Positions 13,485 to 25,800 of a stretch of 64,000 nt of DNA are shown here, one piece after another. Under the pieces are notes generated by a model. The model was given only the letters and a program-made list of their open reading frames with translations, was not told the origin of the DNA and ran no database searches. The stretch covers positions 4,375,863-4,439,862 of the forward strand of contig CAJINV010000003.1 of assembly GCA_905178155.1 (NCBI GenBank), given 5' to 3'. A program made the position numbers and the translations under genes. The stretch's first letter is position 1. Each line of letters starts with the position of its first letter. The DNA comes from Amoebophrya sp. A120 (lineage: Eukaryota; Protista; Dinoflagellata).

Positions 13485-14757
13485 TTTTTTCCAGAACGCG
13501 AACTTATTGGGTTCTCCCCCAGCAGGGTCAACGTTCGCCAGAGCGGGAAAAGTTGTCTGGTCCGGGTGCTGTGTGGCGGTCACTACAAACGCGATAGCGA
13601 TACGGCCATTCTATTTTTTTCTGACGTGCAAGTAAACAAAATCTTCGTCTTGCGCTGGACGGAAACCTCTTTTCGTGCGTGGCTGCTGAGCGGCTACTGT
13701 AACCGAAGCGAAGACAATTGACTCACGCCACAAAAATTTGTACTTGTACTATGGTATTCATCATGGCGCACAAATCCACCAAATGCCGGTGAAAATAATG
13801 GAATCGCCATCAGTTGCGGTTCTCAAAAGGATCACAAACAATCAAAAACCGTCCGCAATGTGGTTGCAACTGTCGATCCAGAGTGCTTGCACACACGCCC
13901 GCCAGAACGAGAACCCTCAGTGGAAAATGCGGTATGTGCCTTTGTGCATGTTGCGAGCTTTGGCTTTCTGAGAACACCAAAGCGACGTGGGCATGTAGCG
14001 AACATATCGCTCCGATCCTTTCGTAGTAGTTTTTTGTGTGAATACATATCAATGGGTGATGGACCAAAATGAACAGTGCTGCCTCTGCGCTGACAGGCTC
14101 ACTAGATGTGCATTTGAAAAATTATTTGGTTTTTATTATGGCTTTGCGCACTAAGTTTCTGAGTAGATTTTTCCAACAGCACGAAAATCATGGACGGATG
14201 GACAACAAACGTTGCCTTGCTTCCCCACACGCACGGATTTCGAATTGGACTCAACTCCTGTTTCCCTGCGTGCAAAGGCAAACCAAAATGTTTCACATGA
14301 CACATCCGTAAGAACTGCTTTCCGACTCGCCTAGGTCACGTGCACGTCAGCTACCAACTGTATTCCCGTGTTTCCGCATGTTCCCCCACGGCCGTACTTC
14401 GTCGCGTTTCCGCACCCAAGAGTAGCAACGGACATCGTCCTTGGGCGTGCACAGCTGTACTAGGTCGTACAAGTCCCCAATGCTGCGCAATCCTTGGTAG
14501 CCACGATACTCCCTGGTATTGAGGACGATGAAAATGAGCGTAACGAATCAGCCCCGGTAGGGCTTCGGTGACGACCAAGCGCAGGTACTACAACAGCTGC
14601 AAGATCATGATATTAACTATGGATACACACTTGGAAAATCATACGGGCTAGCGGCTTGGACACCAATCTGCGGACGGTCGTCGATCAGTGCCGCACCGAG
14701 CCAAAGAACCCTAGGTTTCGCCGGAAGGAAAAGGGGATGAGCAGGACCACGGACTGG

Positions 14758-17556
14758 CTAATCGTCACCCGGATTCGCATCTGTCATGAGCAGCTCCGAC
14801 AAAGAATCAGTGGTCTCCAGCTGATTCAAGAAGATGCTGCAGTGGTTGCACAGCAATCGCATCAGCCGCTCCTGTTGATGGACGAAAGAAGTTGCGATTC
14901 AATTATCAGCTTCTTACGAGAACGTGCACTTGCACGCACTACACGCAAACAAAAATTATCGTTCGTCAGAAGGTCTCCAAAGCTTTTGTTCTTCACCAAC
15001 TTCAGCTAAAATAGGTAAGGAATTCGCAGTTGTTTCATCATTTTGATTTTCGCAAATAAAAAACGCTGCGACCAGATCCTAGAGTATGTTGCGCCCGCCC
15101 GGGCGTCTTCGTGCTTGAAAGCATCATATGCGATCGAATTCTCAGGGCGATGAAGGATGAAATGGTTTAAAGATTCATCACTGCTCGTCAGAAGCAGAAC
15201 TGAACTTTAGGTTATCATCAGTGAATTCGATCGCAGACCAAGTGGATCATCCCCCGTTGTTTAACGGTAGTAGCAATAGACACTTAGGGGGCTACTGATC
15301 GCACTAGCAGGCAGAGATACGGATACCTACAACTTGAGTAAAAAAATAAATCAAAAATCTGCAGTACGTCGTTTTTCGAAAACGGGACGCAGCCGCCCTG
15401 GAGATCCGGGTGCGATTTTTTGTTGATCATTTCGATGCATCCCACGATTTTCCCGTTTCGAAGCACGGGTCCGATCAGCACGGAATGGGCGCGCCACGCG
15501 TTCTGTGACTTGGTTCGCGTAAAGGCGTTGGTACCGTACTTGCGGCTGGCCACAAACCTCTCGTCTGCGTACACGTCCGCGAGATTGAGCATTGCGTTTT
15601 CCGGATCAAGGGACTTCAACACGATGTACTTCGTGCCGTTCTTCTTTATCCGCTTCTTCTCCAGCTTCGCGTACCTCGCATCGGTGCCGAGCATCTGCTT
15701 CAGCAGTGCGGGCAGCTCCTCCTTGCGGATGTACGCCTGTGGACCAGTGTAAATTGCAAGATGGTGATCCTATGCGGTACGAAAGCTGACTGCTCGAGTA
15801 CACGAAATACAGCGCTCTATCCATGCTGATATCCAACACGTGACGGGCCGCTAAATGCAAACGGGAAAGCAAAAGTTAAGCTGACCGCATTTTTAGAAAC
15901 TACGGACGGATTTATCTTCGTGTACCTCTTTTGTCGCGAGTTCGCAGTTCCTGAACCGCATCCGCTGAAAGGAGTGGTTCAGCTTTTCCACGGACAAAAG
16001 TCCTGACTGCTCATCCAGTGCCCGCTTGATGCAATCATCGATCTGTGCCTGACTGGGACTCCATCGTTTTGCCAGGGCCCACATGGAGTTCGCGTCGCCA
16101 TCCTCATCTATGTAGAGCGAGCAACGCTCAACGTTCAAACTGCGCTGGCCTTCATCTGCCACCGATGTAAAGAGGGTTCTGAAAAGTGTATGTTTGATGC
16201 ATACTTATCCGGTGGAAAAACACTTGACTGGCAAAAAGAAGTCCGAAAAGGTAAAGACCAAAAGCAAGGGACCGCGGCAGGCGCATATTAAGGAGCGCAA
16301 TGTTTCAGATACCGGAGCTCCTTAGCTTTCCGCCGCCTCTCATTGCGTTTCGTGTCGATGAAAAGCAGCGGAAACATACCGAGCAGACACCCAGCGATGA
16401 CTCCGATCCCCATAGAAACCGTCCGAACGAGACGAACGGGTGCGAGGTCGGCCTGAAAATTAAATTTCATTTCTAATATACTTATGTGTTACTACACCTT
16501 TCCAAGCGCATTGCTTTTGGCACTTACTCAAACACGCCTTCTACAAACATGCCATCGAAGTATGTCAGACAACAAAGAGCAGAGTCTGCATCTCATCGCA
16601 CTGGAGCTCAAAAACTCTAGTCCGAATACTGCAAGTCATCATTCCTTCGAGGCAATTTTTTGTATTTGTTTTATCCGACAACATCTCTGCAATCACAAAC
16701 ACCGTTCTACTCTCACCACACTACACCAACTGTTCGTCGTGATGTGCTTCACGAGAAAGAGAAGTCGTGAACTTTGCACCATTATCATGTCTAAAAAAAA
16801 GCACTGTACCTGTGCAGGCGTGACACGCGCATCGGGCAAACCCAACCGCGCGGCAGCAGCATCGACAAACCCACCAAAGCTTGTACCCGCGACGTCGCTG
16901 CAGCACTGCCCAAAAGCTGCTGCGGTCAGGGTGCTGACCATGGCGCTAAAGTGCGCATCAATTGCGTCCCCGACCGTTATCATGATGGTGTTGTCCATAA
17001 AACCGAAACCGACCATTGGAATCGCACACTGCACCGCGTACTGTTCATATTGCTTACGGGAGAGAGGAGGACCGTGCTCGCTCCTTACGGTAGTACCTGT
17101 CTCCAGTGCGGCAGATGAACCTCCAGGGGGTACTGCAGATGCGCTCAAATTCGAACTCCCCTCGCCACCACCCACCCCCGCCCCGTCGGACGTCAGCGGG
17201 CCAGTATCACTTGGCTCAAACGCGACAGGGCGTGAGAAGAAGAGATCGCGCTTGTCCACAGGGACATGTCCACGCGTACTTCTCGATCGCACCAAATTCT
17301 CCATGACGCAACTGTTGCACTTCGCTAGCGGATCCACTGGCGGTCCGGGATACCCAGTCTTTGCGAAGTGCCGAGTACCGGTTGGCGTTGTGGCTAGGCT
17401 CCGCGTCGAGGTAGACTGCGACACGAAGATGAAACTCGAACTCGAAGAGCATGATGGCGTGCGCGGGTAGGCCGCGGCGGCGTCTTGCAGACGTTGGATG
17501 GCGCTCGATGGGACGCTGCCCTGGCGCGGCCCGAGTCTTATCATGCCCAATGACAT
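14758..17556 (-). CDS. TMEM65 domain plus GAF domain protein, ~5 exons, likely mitochondrial presequence
   Basis: TMEM65 motifs IPMVGFGFMDNTIMI..GQCCSDVAG and GCLLGMFPL; GAF motifs VERCSLY, ADVYADERF, VGCIEMINKK, FSKND|ERLMRLLCNH (last intron 14872-15367). Confidence 0.8.
15129..15235 (-). ncRNA. Intronic box C/D snoRNA, U38/snR61-like, double guide (copy 1)
   Basis: Minus strand: C box CUGAUGA, guide CAGUUCUGCUU, D' CUGA, C' GUGAUGA, guide UUCAUCCUUCAUCGCC, D CUGA; 13-bp perfect terminal stem TGCGATCGAATTC/GAATTCGATCGCA. Confidence 0.88.
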
Positions 17557-18112
17557 AATTTTGCGGTCTGCGGTAGTCAGTTGAATGGATCAACCATTCC
17601 TCCCGTCTGCGCACGCAGCGAACTGCAGGGGCTCTTAGGGATAGTCTCTCCTGCGAAAACAACTGGAAGCCACGCAACGTGGAACGAATCGGTTGGGTTT
17701 ACCAATAAACACTCCTTGCATATTGCATTTGCAATACGCCAAACCTGCAAAAAAACGCCTTCGCGCAAGCTCTCTCGATGCGCGACAACTCTCAAGTGCT
17801 CAAGATGCGATGACTTTCGTCTCTCGTTAGATGGAACCAAGCGCCAAGAAGAAAAAACTGCACCAGCGCAGTACTGGTAGTATGGAAAAAAACCGAAACC
17901 GGACCCCGCTGAACACGGAACTACTGCAAAAGATCTTTGCAAGGCTTTGTTGCTCCTTGCGTCTCCCACCTCATTTACCAGAACTTCTCTCCACTAAGCT
18001 AGTACGGTCCTGTCAAATTGTCTTGTCGCACTTTGTTGATCAAAGTGCTGCCTTGCTTCTACATAGCTCGATAACGACTCTTCTGCTGCCCAAAGTGCAA
18101 CCCGGAAAGCAC

Positions 18113-18939
18113 TTAACGGTAGGACTTCTGGAAGCGAGCGCGGGCACCGCGACCACCGAACTTCTTCGGCTCGCAACGACGCGGGTCAGAGACGACCAGA
18201 GACTTGTCGTAGGCGGTCAAGGTATCCTTGATCTCCTTCTTGGTGGCCTCGTCCACGTACCTGTTTTTGATTCATTATTTTGCGTTCAAACTGCGCTTTT
18301 TGGGCACGGGTAGTCCACGCAACTTTGAATGAAAACATGGAGAACCAGATGCCATTTTCAACCACTTCTGCATGGACTAGCTGACACACATGTGTTGAAA
18401 TTCATCCAAAAGTGACGATAGACAACTATCTCAAAGAAAGAAATCAGCAATTAGATGATACTTCTGGTTGAAGGCGATGAGTCCGCGGGAGATAGCCTGG
18501 CGGATAGCGTAGATCTGGGAAACGTAACCGCCGCCCTTGACGCGGATACGGAAGTCCAAGGAGCCCCACTTACCGGTGTCACCCTCCTTTCCCTTTCCCA
18601 AGAGCAACAGCGGCTCGTACACTGTAGTGCGTTTAGACAAAAAGATTTTTCCAGTTCCACATATACCAAAACGTCATGAAGATGCCAGGCGGTTGCATCA
18701 GACGGAGCGGAAATTACACCCATCAATTTCAAAATCTAAGTTTGGATTTTATGCTTGTTCGCAAGAATGAATCGTTCATCAAAAAAATATAGTGTACCTT
18801 TGACGCGCATGATTTCCGGGGTCAGGGAGTCAATGGGCATACCATTGACACGGAAGTTGCCCTTACCCTGCTTGATGAGGGCGACGGCGACGGCGCTCTT
18901 CTTGCGCCCGAAGGTCTGCACGCGATCGGTAGAAGACAT
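18113..18939 (-). CDS. RPS16: 40S ribosomal protein S16 (uS9), 3 exons (introns 18622-18797, 18261-18461)
   Basis: [41 protein letters not shown]; GT-AG junctions restore the frame. Confidence 0.97.
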
Positions 18940-19049
18940 CTTGTAGAGAGAGTGAACAGAACCTAGCTCGAATTCTGGTTCTTCCCTGTTAGGCGAAAAT
19001 TTAGAAAACGTGCAGAATGAAGGACAAAAAGTCTTTATTATCAATATTT

Positions 19050-19550
19050 AGTTCCAAGATCGTTTTAAATTTACTCACTCGACCTCGTTCCGTTTAAGTC
19101 GGATCGCTATTTCCTTGATCGGGAGAAGAAGAATTTAGATCCACATCGGCTTCGATCGCACGCTCATTGCAAACGAGATCCGCACGAGAGCCGGATTCCA
19201 TATTTCAAAATTGAGACCATGTTTCGCTTTTTTGCCCAATCTTGTTGATCGTCTCGTGTCGAGATTTGAGCTTTCTTTAAGTGGAACCATCTGTGGCGAA
19301 GATCGAAACCGTGAACAGATAGAGGCTTCGTCTGCTGATCGGTTAATTAAAGTCAATCTCGCTCTGGATTCTGTGTGATAGATCTTGGTCAATCTGCAGG
19401 ATCTACATATCAATCTGTCGATCGTGATCTTTGCTTGGTACTGGTTGGATTGGATCCAAACCGAAACTTCGACCCCGCGTTCTACCTATGGTTTGATCAC
19501 GCGCTCCGCTAGCTAGGCGACAGTGGGCGACATTCTACCGATCTGAGGAG
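19050..19550. promoter_or_regulatory. GATC-dense region upstream of RPS16
   Basis: About 16 GATC in ~500 bp by eye, versus ~2 expected; similar clusters upstream of other genes. Confidence 0.5.
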
Positions 19551-19850
19551 GTTCATAAAAATTCAGAAACAAACATCGCGAGAGACCCGGTCTGCGTAAC
19601 AGCACCACAGAAACTGGATATCAAACACCTAAATCACACGATAAGACTGACCGATGTTGCTTTAGATTTCAAGTGAACACGCTGCGGCTGCAACTGCAAC
19701 CACTCTAAATACATTTCCTCGTTGACAGAACGAAATCTGCCCCCGGGCACTCACTTTATTTTGATACGTGTGGTAGTGCTCTAGAGCCAATATATGAATT
19801 CGCGCGTTTCGGCTCTTTAAATCCTAATCCGAATTTTTAGATTTAGAACG

Positions 19851-22800
19851 TCACAGCTGCTTTCCTGCAGACGCAGGCGCTCCGCCAGTTGAGAGCTTTT
19901 TCAGTGCACCACCAAACTTTGCAGCACCGCGAAGGGCGGCCCAGCGTTTTGCTCCTGTGCTCGCAGTTGACGGAGTCGCTGGAACGACCGGCTTATCCTC
20001 GTCCGTGTCGTCACCATCTTTCCCCGAATCGTCCGAAGATTCTTCCCCGTCTTTCGTAGCCGAGCGAGATTTCACTGTCTGCGACTTCCCTGACTTTCCG
20101 CTGGAATTGGCACCATCGTCGTCGTCTTTAAAATTTCCCGCCTTCTGCGGGCTAGCACCTTCATCGCCCGCTGCGGCGTCCCCGGGCATGCGCGCGAATT
20201 CCAGGTCAGCTAGCGTTTTGCCCTCATATTCACCTTCTTCAAGTTTAGTTGTGGCTGGAGGACAGATGTCTTCCCCGCCCATCACGCTATCCTCTGGGAT
20301 CGCACTCGCGAACAAGGAGCCAAAGCCGGCCGGCGGAGTCACTCCCATAGGGTCTAGTTTCTTCCCGCCTCCAGCCTTCGGGGGCTTCACGTCGTCCTTC
20401 TCCCCTGCTCCTCCTCGTGCCCCCTTACCGCGCTTCTGCTTCCTCTTCATTCGCTTCTCCCGCTCCTTGCGCAGCCTTTCCAGTTCCCGCTTTTTCCTCC
20501 GCTCCGTCTCCTCCACAAACCACTGCGCCGCTCGCTCGCCTCGAAAGCCGCCGTGTGTCCAGGGCCGCGCCATTACCGTGGCGTCGGTGAAGCTGTCGTT
20601 GGCAAGAATCATGCCGTTGTCCACGTTGTAGTAGTTTCGCTTCATCGCCAGAATCATCGGGTCAATCTCGTACTTGCGCCCGATCATGAACTCCTTCTGC
20701 TTGTGGAAACCCTGTCGCTTCATGTCCGCCGTCATCATACGGTCCACCTCCGTGCCCAGGGAGTACGACCGCCAACGGTACACGCGCTGACTCCGGCCGC
20801 TCAGGTAGTCAAAGATGTCCAGCGGGACGTTTTTAGCCGCGTACTGGTCGTTCTCCGCCGTCTGCGGCCGCGACAGCTCGCGCACGCTGCGATGGCATCG
20901 TTCACGGTGTCCGCAGTTGGCGCAGATTTCCTGGTCCTCCAGGTCCTTGTCGCGCTCAAACTTCTCGCAGCCGCACTTCCCCACACGGCACCGCGTCTTC
21001 TTCGGACGGTAGTAGTCGCTCGCGTACACCAATTTAAATCCGTACGCGACCTCCATCCTGCGCTCGGTCTCTTCCCGGTCCAACGCCGGGGAGAGGTGCT
21101 TCTTCGGTTTTTTCCCCCCGCCAGGCAGGGCCGCTTTCTCGGCGGCCTCCCTAGCCATCTCGATTTCCAAAAGCGCCTCGGCCTCCTTCGACTCGGAGCG
21201 CCCCATCACCTCCTCGGGCGACAGCAATTCCTCGTCGGTCTCCCCGTCCTCGCGACCCCCTTCACTCCCGGATTTGTTCACCGGACTCTGCTCCGATTGC
21301 GTCGGGGATACTGGTTCCGGAGCCTCCTCCTCCGACTCCTCCAGCTCGTCTTCGTTGCGCGGGGTGTACAGCCTGTCCAATTCTCCCGTATCAGCCATTT
21401 GTTGTTCCACCAATTCGCGGAAGGACGTCCCGCGCTCCGCGATGATCCCCATGGCCGTCCCCACCTGGTTTGTCACGTCGCGCTGCGGCAGCATGTAGCT
21501 CATGCGCATCAGGAACGCCTGCCGCATCTGGGCCTCCTCTGGCGTCTGCGCGCGCATCACCTTCCGCTTATAAATGTGCGCCTCCTCCTTCGCGGCCCGC
21601 ATCTTCTCCTGCTGCTTCTCGTCGCCGGCCCTTCCCTGGAGCACCATCTCCTCCGACAGGGTCTTGGCGCAGGAGCGCACAAGCTCAAACTCCTCCGTGG
21701 TCACCATCTTTTCCTCCTCGAGCTTCTGTTGTTTTTGCCTCTGCAAAAAGTCCTGCGACAGGAAATAGTTCAACCGCAGCCCGACCACGTCCACCGGCTC
21801 GCGGTCGTCCGAGTACTCGCCAAACATGCAGGTCGACCAGTGCAGTCCGCAGTTGCGCATGCGCTCCTCGCGCCAGATCACCGCGTTGGTGACCGGCGAG
21901 TACCCGTAGCCCCCGAAGTCGACGCGGATCGTGGCCGCCTCCTTCACCCCGATGCACACGTAGCAGGGGTCGCGCGACGCGAGGTGGAGGGCCTTGAAGA
22001 ACTGAAACTTGGCGAACACGGGGTCGCGATTCACGTAGAAATTCACCATGCCCACCTTCCGGTCGATCAAACAGGTGACAATGTCCTCCTCGTAGAAGGG
22101 CTTGTTCGTGAACGCGCGGGCCGGGTGCCCGGTGTAGTCGTCCTCGTCGAATTTGTGCACCCAGCCAAGGTTGTTGTAGCCGAGCGAGGTCTGGAACTCT
22201 CCCGGCAGTTTGCTGCCGTAGGAGGGCTTCAAGGCGAAGCCCACCTGCACCAGGGAAAAGTCGGGGATCATGTCGAAGCACTGGAACTCGAAGCAGATGA
22301 ACCGCTGATCGGGAAGGGGAAAGTTGCTGGTGATGTTTCGTTTTTGCCCGGGCACGCGAAACTTCACGTAGGCGCGATCGAGATATTCCGCAACGTTGTA
22401 CGGGCAAATGGCGTAATCACGGAGGAGTTGAAAACGCCGCCCCATCAGCACCTGCTCCTTGATGTCGTTGCGGATGGATTCGGGCAGAAAGAAGTCGCGC
22501 AGATGCCCCCCGACCTTGTTCGCGACCACGGGCGCCGATCGACGGATTTTACGGACGGTCCGGAAAGTCAATATGCGTTTCGCCTTTACACCGGCGCGGC
22601 GCACCAGGCGCCCGCTGCGGTAACCAGTGCAGTAGGACAGTGCAGCTATGGTACCCTGGGCCTTTCGGGCGTGTCTCTCGACCCAGCCTCGCGGTTTCGG
22701 GCCACCCGCCGCGGGAACCAGGGATTGCGTTCCAAGGTCTTCTTTGCTACTCGTGCCATCCGCGATAGTCGACGAACCCGAGGACGAGGCGTCCTCCTCT

Positions 22801-25800
22801 CCGGCCGGGTGCGCGCCGTCTTCCTCGCTTTCGGAGCCCTCCGACGCTACGTCCTGGTCCTGCTGCCCATCCTCGACATCAAACGCAACTGCTTGCTTCT
22901 TAGGCCGCCTCCGCGCTTTCTTTGCGGGTGGTCCTGGTGAGGGGCCGGTGCCCGCAATCAGAGCCTCAAGCTCGTCCGCACTGCTGTCGAGATCAAGCGC
23001 CGGGGACACGGGCACCTGCAAGCGCAGCTTTGCATCATCCCCGGCAGGACCAGGAGCTACTGGTGTATTAGTCATCTCTTCCTGGCCGCCAACAGTGTCG
23101 CTTTCGCCAAGGTGGTGTGCAGCTGGTGCACCAACATTCTCAACAGCGGTAGCATCTTGTCCGCCATCTGCAGCTAAATTGGCTTGCGAGACCGAGTCCG
23201 GATCAGTGGCTGGATGTGGATCTTTTTGCTCCACTAGCGCTGCGGCTGCGCCATCAGCTGCATCCCCATTTTGCAGCTCTTCCCCTTGGCCTTCTGGACT
23301 GCCCGCCTCTGTGGCGGCAACCAGTGCCGCGGTGTCCACAGAATGTTCTTGTTCTGCTACAGAACGTGGTGCGTCGTTCATTTCGGGTTGATGAGAGTGT
23401 TGGTCCGCGTCTTCCCGCTCCCGCTTCTCATCTTCCGAAACAATCTCCCGCAGAACTTCGTTGACTTCGACCGCCCCCTCAGGCGCGATCTGCGACGAGT
23501 CGGGTGCCGTTTCCGCAGTGTGCGAGCCCTCCTTGTTTCGGGTCGCAGTGCCTAACTTCACGGCTGTTCGCAGCACCGACCAGGATCGCGACGGAGCAGC
23601 AAAGAGTGACCGCTTCTGCTCCCCTTTATTCTCGTCTCGGTTGGAAGTAGAAGATGCTGAGGAGTCAGTGTCTTTGTCTTCTTTTTCATTCCCCGCACTG
23701 GACGCCTGAGACGCATAACTCGAAAAGACCGAGGGGTCTATGTCATCTCCCAGCTTCTCCGGGTTTCGAAGGGCCGCCCCGAGGCGCACGGCCCCGCGAA
23801 GCTTTGCCCAACTCTTTTGGGCCGGTGCGAGTTCGACGGGCTGCCCCGGGGCCTGCTGCTTTTTGAAATTCCCAGAGCCGAGGTTCATCGCGGCACGAAC
23901 CTTGCCCCACCTGCTTGCCTGTTTCACCTTCAGCCGCATTTGCGCCAAACTCTCCAATTTCTTTTTCTTGTCTAGCAAGGCTTGCTGTCTCTGCTGCTCC
24001 TGCGTCATGCGCTCGCGCAGACTCGTTGCGTCTTTTTCGTTCTCGGCCGCTGCTGCATCCGCAGGACTGGAGGGCGCCTCGACTTCCAATTCCTGTCCCA
24101 CGCGGCCCGTGACGCCTCTAGCCTTCACCTCGAGCCGAAAGGTTTCCATCATTTTGTCCACAGATTCTTCGTATTCCTTTTCCATCTGGTCCATCTTTCC
24201 GCTGGCCAGTGCAGCTTGCAAATCCGCTTTGCGCTGCTTCTTTTTCTTCTCCTCCTCGAGGACTCGCTTTTTCCGCTGCACTTCCTTCTCGCGCTTCAGG
24301 TGCATTGCGTTTTTCCTGCTCTCGGCCAGGTGCTCCGACAACGCATTGCTCCAAACTTCCATGATCGCCAGCTCCCGCTCCAGCTCCCGATCGATCAACT
24401 TGCCGTCGGAAATGCGAAGTCGGATCTGGGAAATCACGAACTCGATTCCCACCGTAATTGCGTCCCAACTGACCAACTCGTTCGCCACGGCCAACCGCTC
24501 CTCACGCGGGAACCCCCGCTGCGCTTCTTTCTTCGCGGCCGCCGTCTGCTGTTGGCGTTCCCGACGCTCTTTCCGCGCCGCGGCGAGCATTCGGTCGACG
24601 GCCTTCTGCATCTCATCCCCGCCCAAGTCTTCCTGCTGCAGAACCGCGTCCGGGAGCACCATCGGCCCATCGTCCTCGTCTTCATCATTCACGTCCAGGG
24701 CCTTTTTCATGCGCTCCTTCCCGCCTTTCACGAGTTTCACCAGTCCCACGACGGCCATCTTACCAGCTTTTCCCACAAACGCCTTTGCTTTCCCCGGCAG
24801 CGTGGTCGGCTCCTCGTCTTCCTCGTCTTCCTCCTCGATTTTCTTTTTCCGGGTGTCGTACTTTTCCATGCCCGCAAATTTCATTCCGGGGTTCAGCAGT
24901 AGCTGTTGGCGCACAATCTCCGAGTTGGCGTCCTCATCGGTGTTGCCGGGCACCGCCTCGATCTCCTCGAGCCGATCTTCCGCGTCCTCCGCCAGCTCGT
25001 TGTCCAGCCTCTGGCGGATCAGATTGAGCCGCTCGAGGCACTGCAACACGTAGTCCTTGTACAAGGCAAAAATGAGCCCCGATCGCAGGCCCGCCGGATA
25101 CAGGTAGGCCACGTCGGGAATTTTGCCGCCGCTGGTCTGGAACCGCTTCGCCAGCTCTTTCGCTCGCAGGATCTCCGTCTGCTCCGGGGTGTACAGCCGC
25201 TCCTGCTGCAGCGTGGCCACGCGAATCTCTGTCACGGTCCGCGCGAGCGTGTCGAGCGAATAGTATTTCCGGTAGTACGGCAACTGCAGCAGAAACATGT
25301 TCCGTCTGCGCTCTAGCAAAGCGATTTCGAGGGGGTCCTTGATGGAAATGATTTCCGAAATGATACCCGTGATCAGCTCTTCGCCCCACTGCACGCCCTC
25401 CGCCGCGTCTGCCTGTTGCGAGTTGGCGAACGACACCGAGGCCGACTTTTGCAGCAACGACCGCTTTTTCTCTATACCCGGCGTCGCCTCCTTTTTTGCG
25501 GCGCTAGTACCGAGCAAAGACTCGATTTTCACCGCGCTGCCGCGCGGTTTCGGCGTCATCAGGATCCACTTGTTGGCGCCGCACCCGAACCCGGTGAATT
25601 TCCCGCGTTCCACGGCGCCGACGATGTCGTCCAGAGTCCTTTCGCGGTCTTTCAAACCCACCAGCTTTTCCACCACCGCGGGCTTTTCGATCAGCTCGCG
25701 CACCAGGCGGAGCAGGTCATTCGTGTCGCCCCCCTCGGTTTTCACGAACCCGGTGAACCGCTTCACCTCGAGCCGCAGGAAATTCTCGGTCGCCTGGTTC

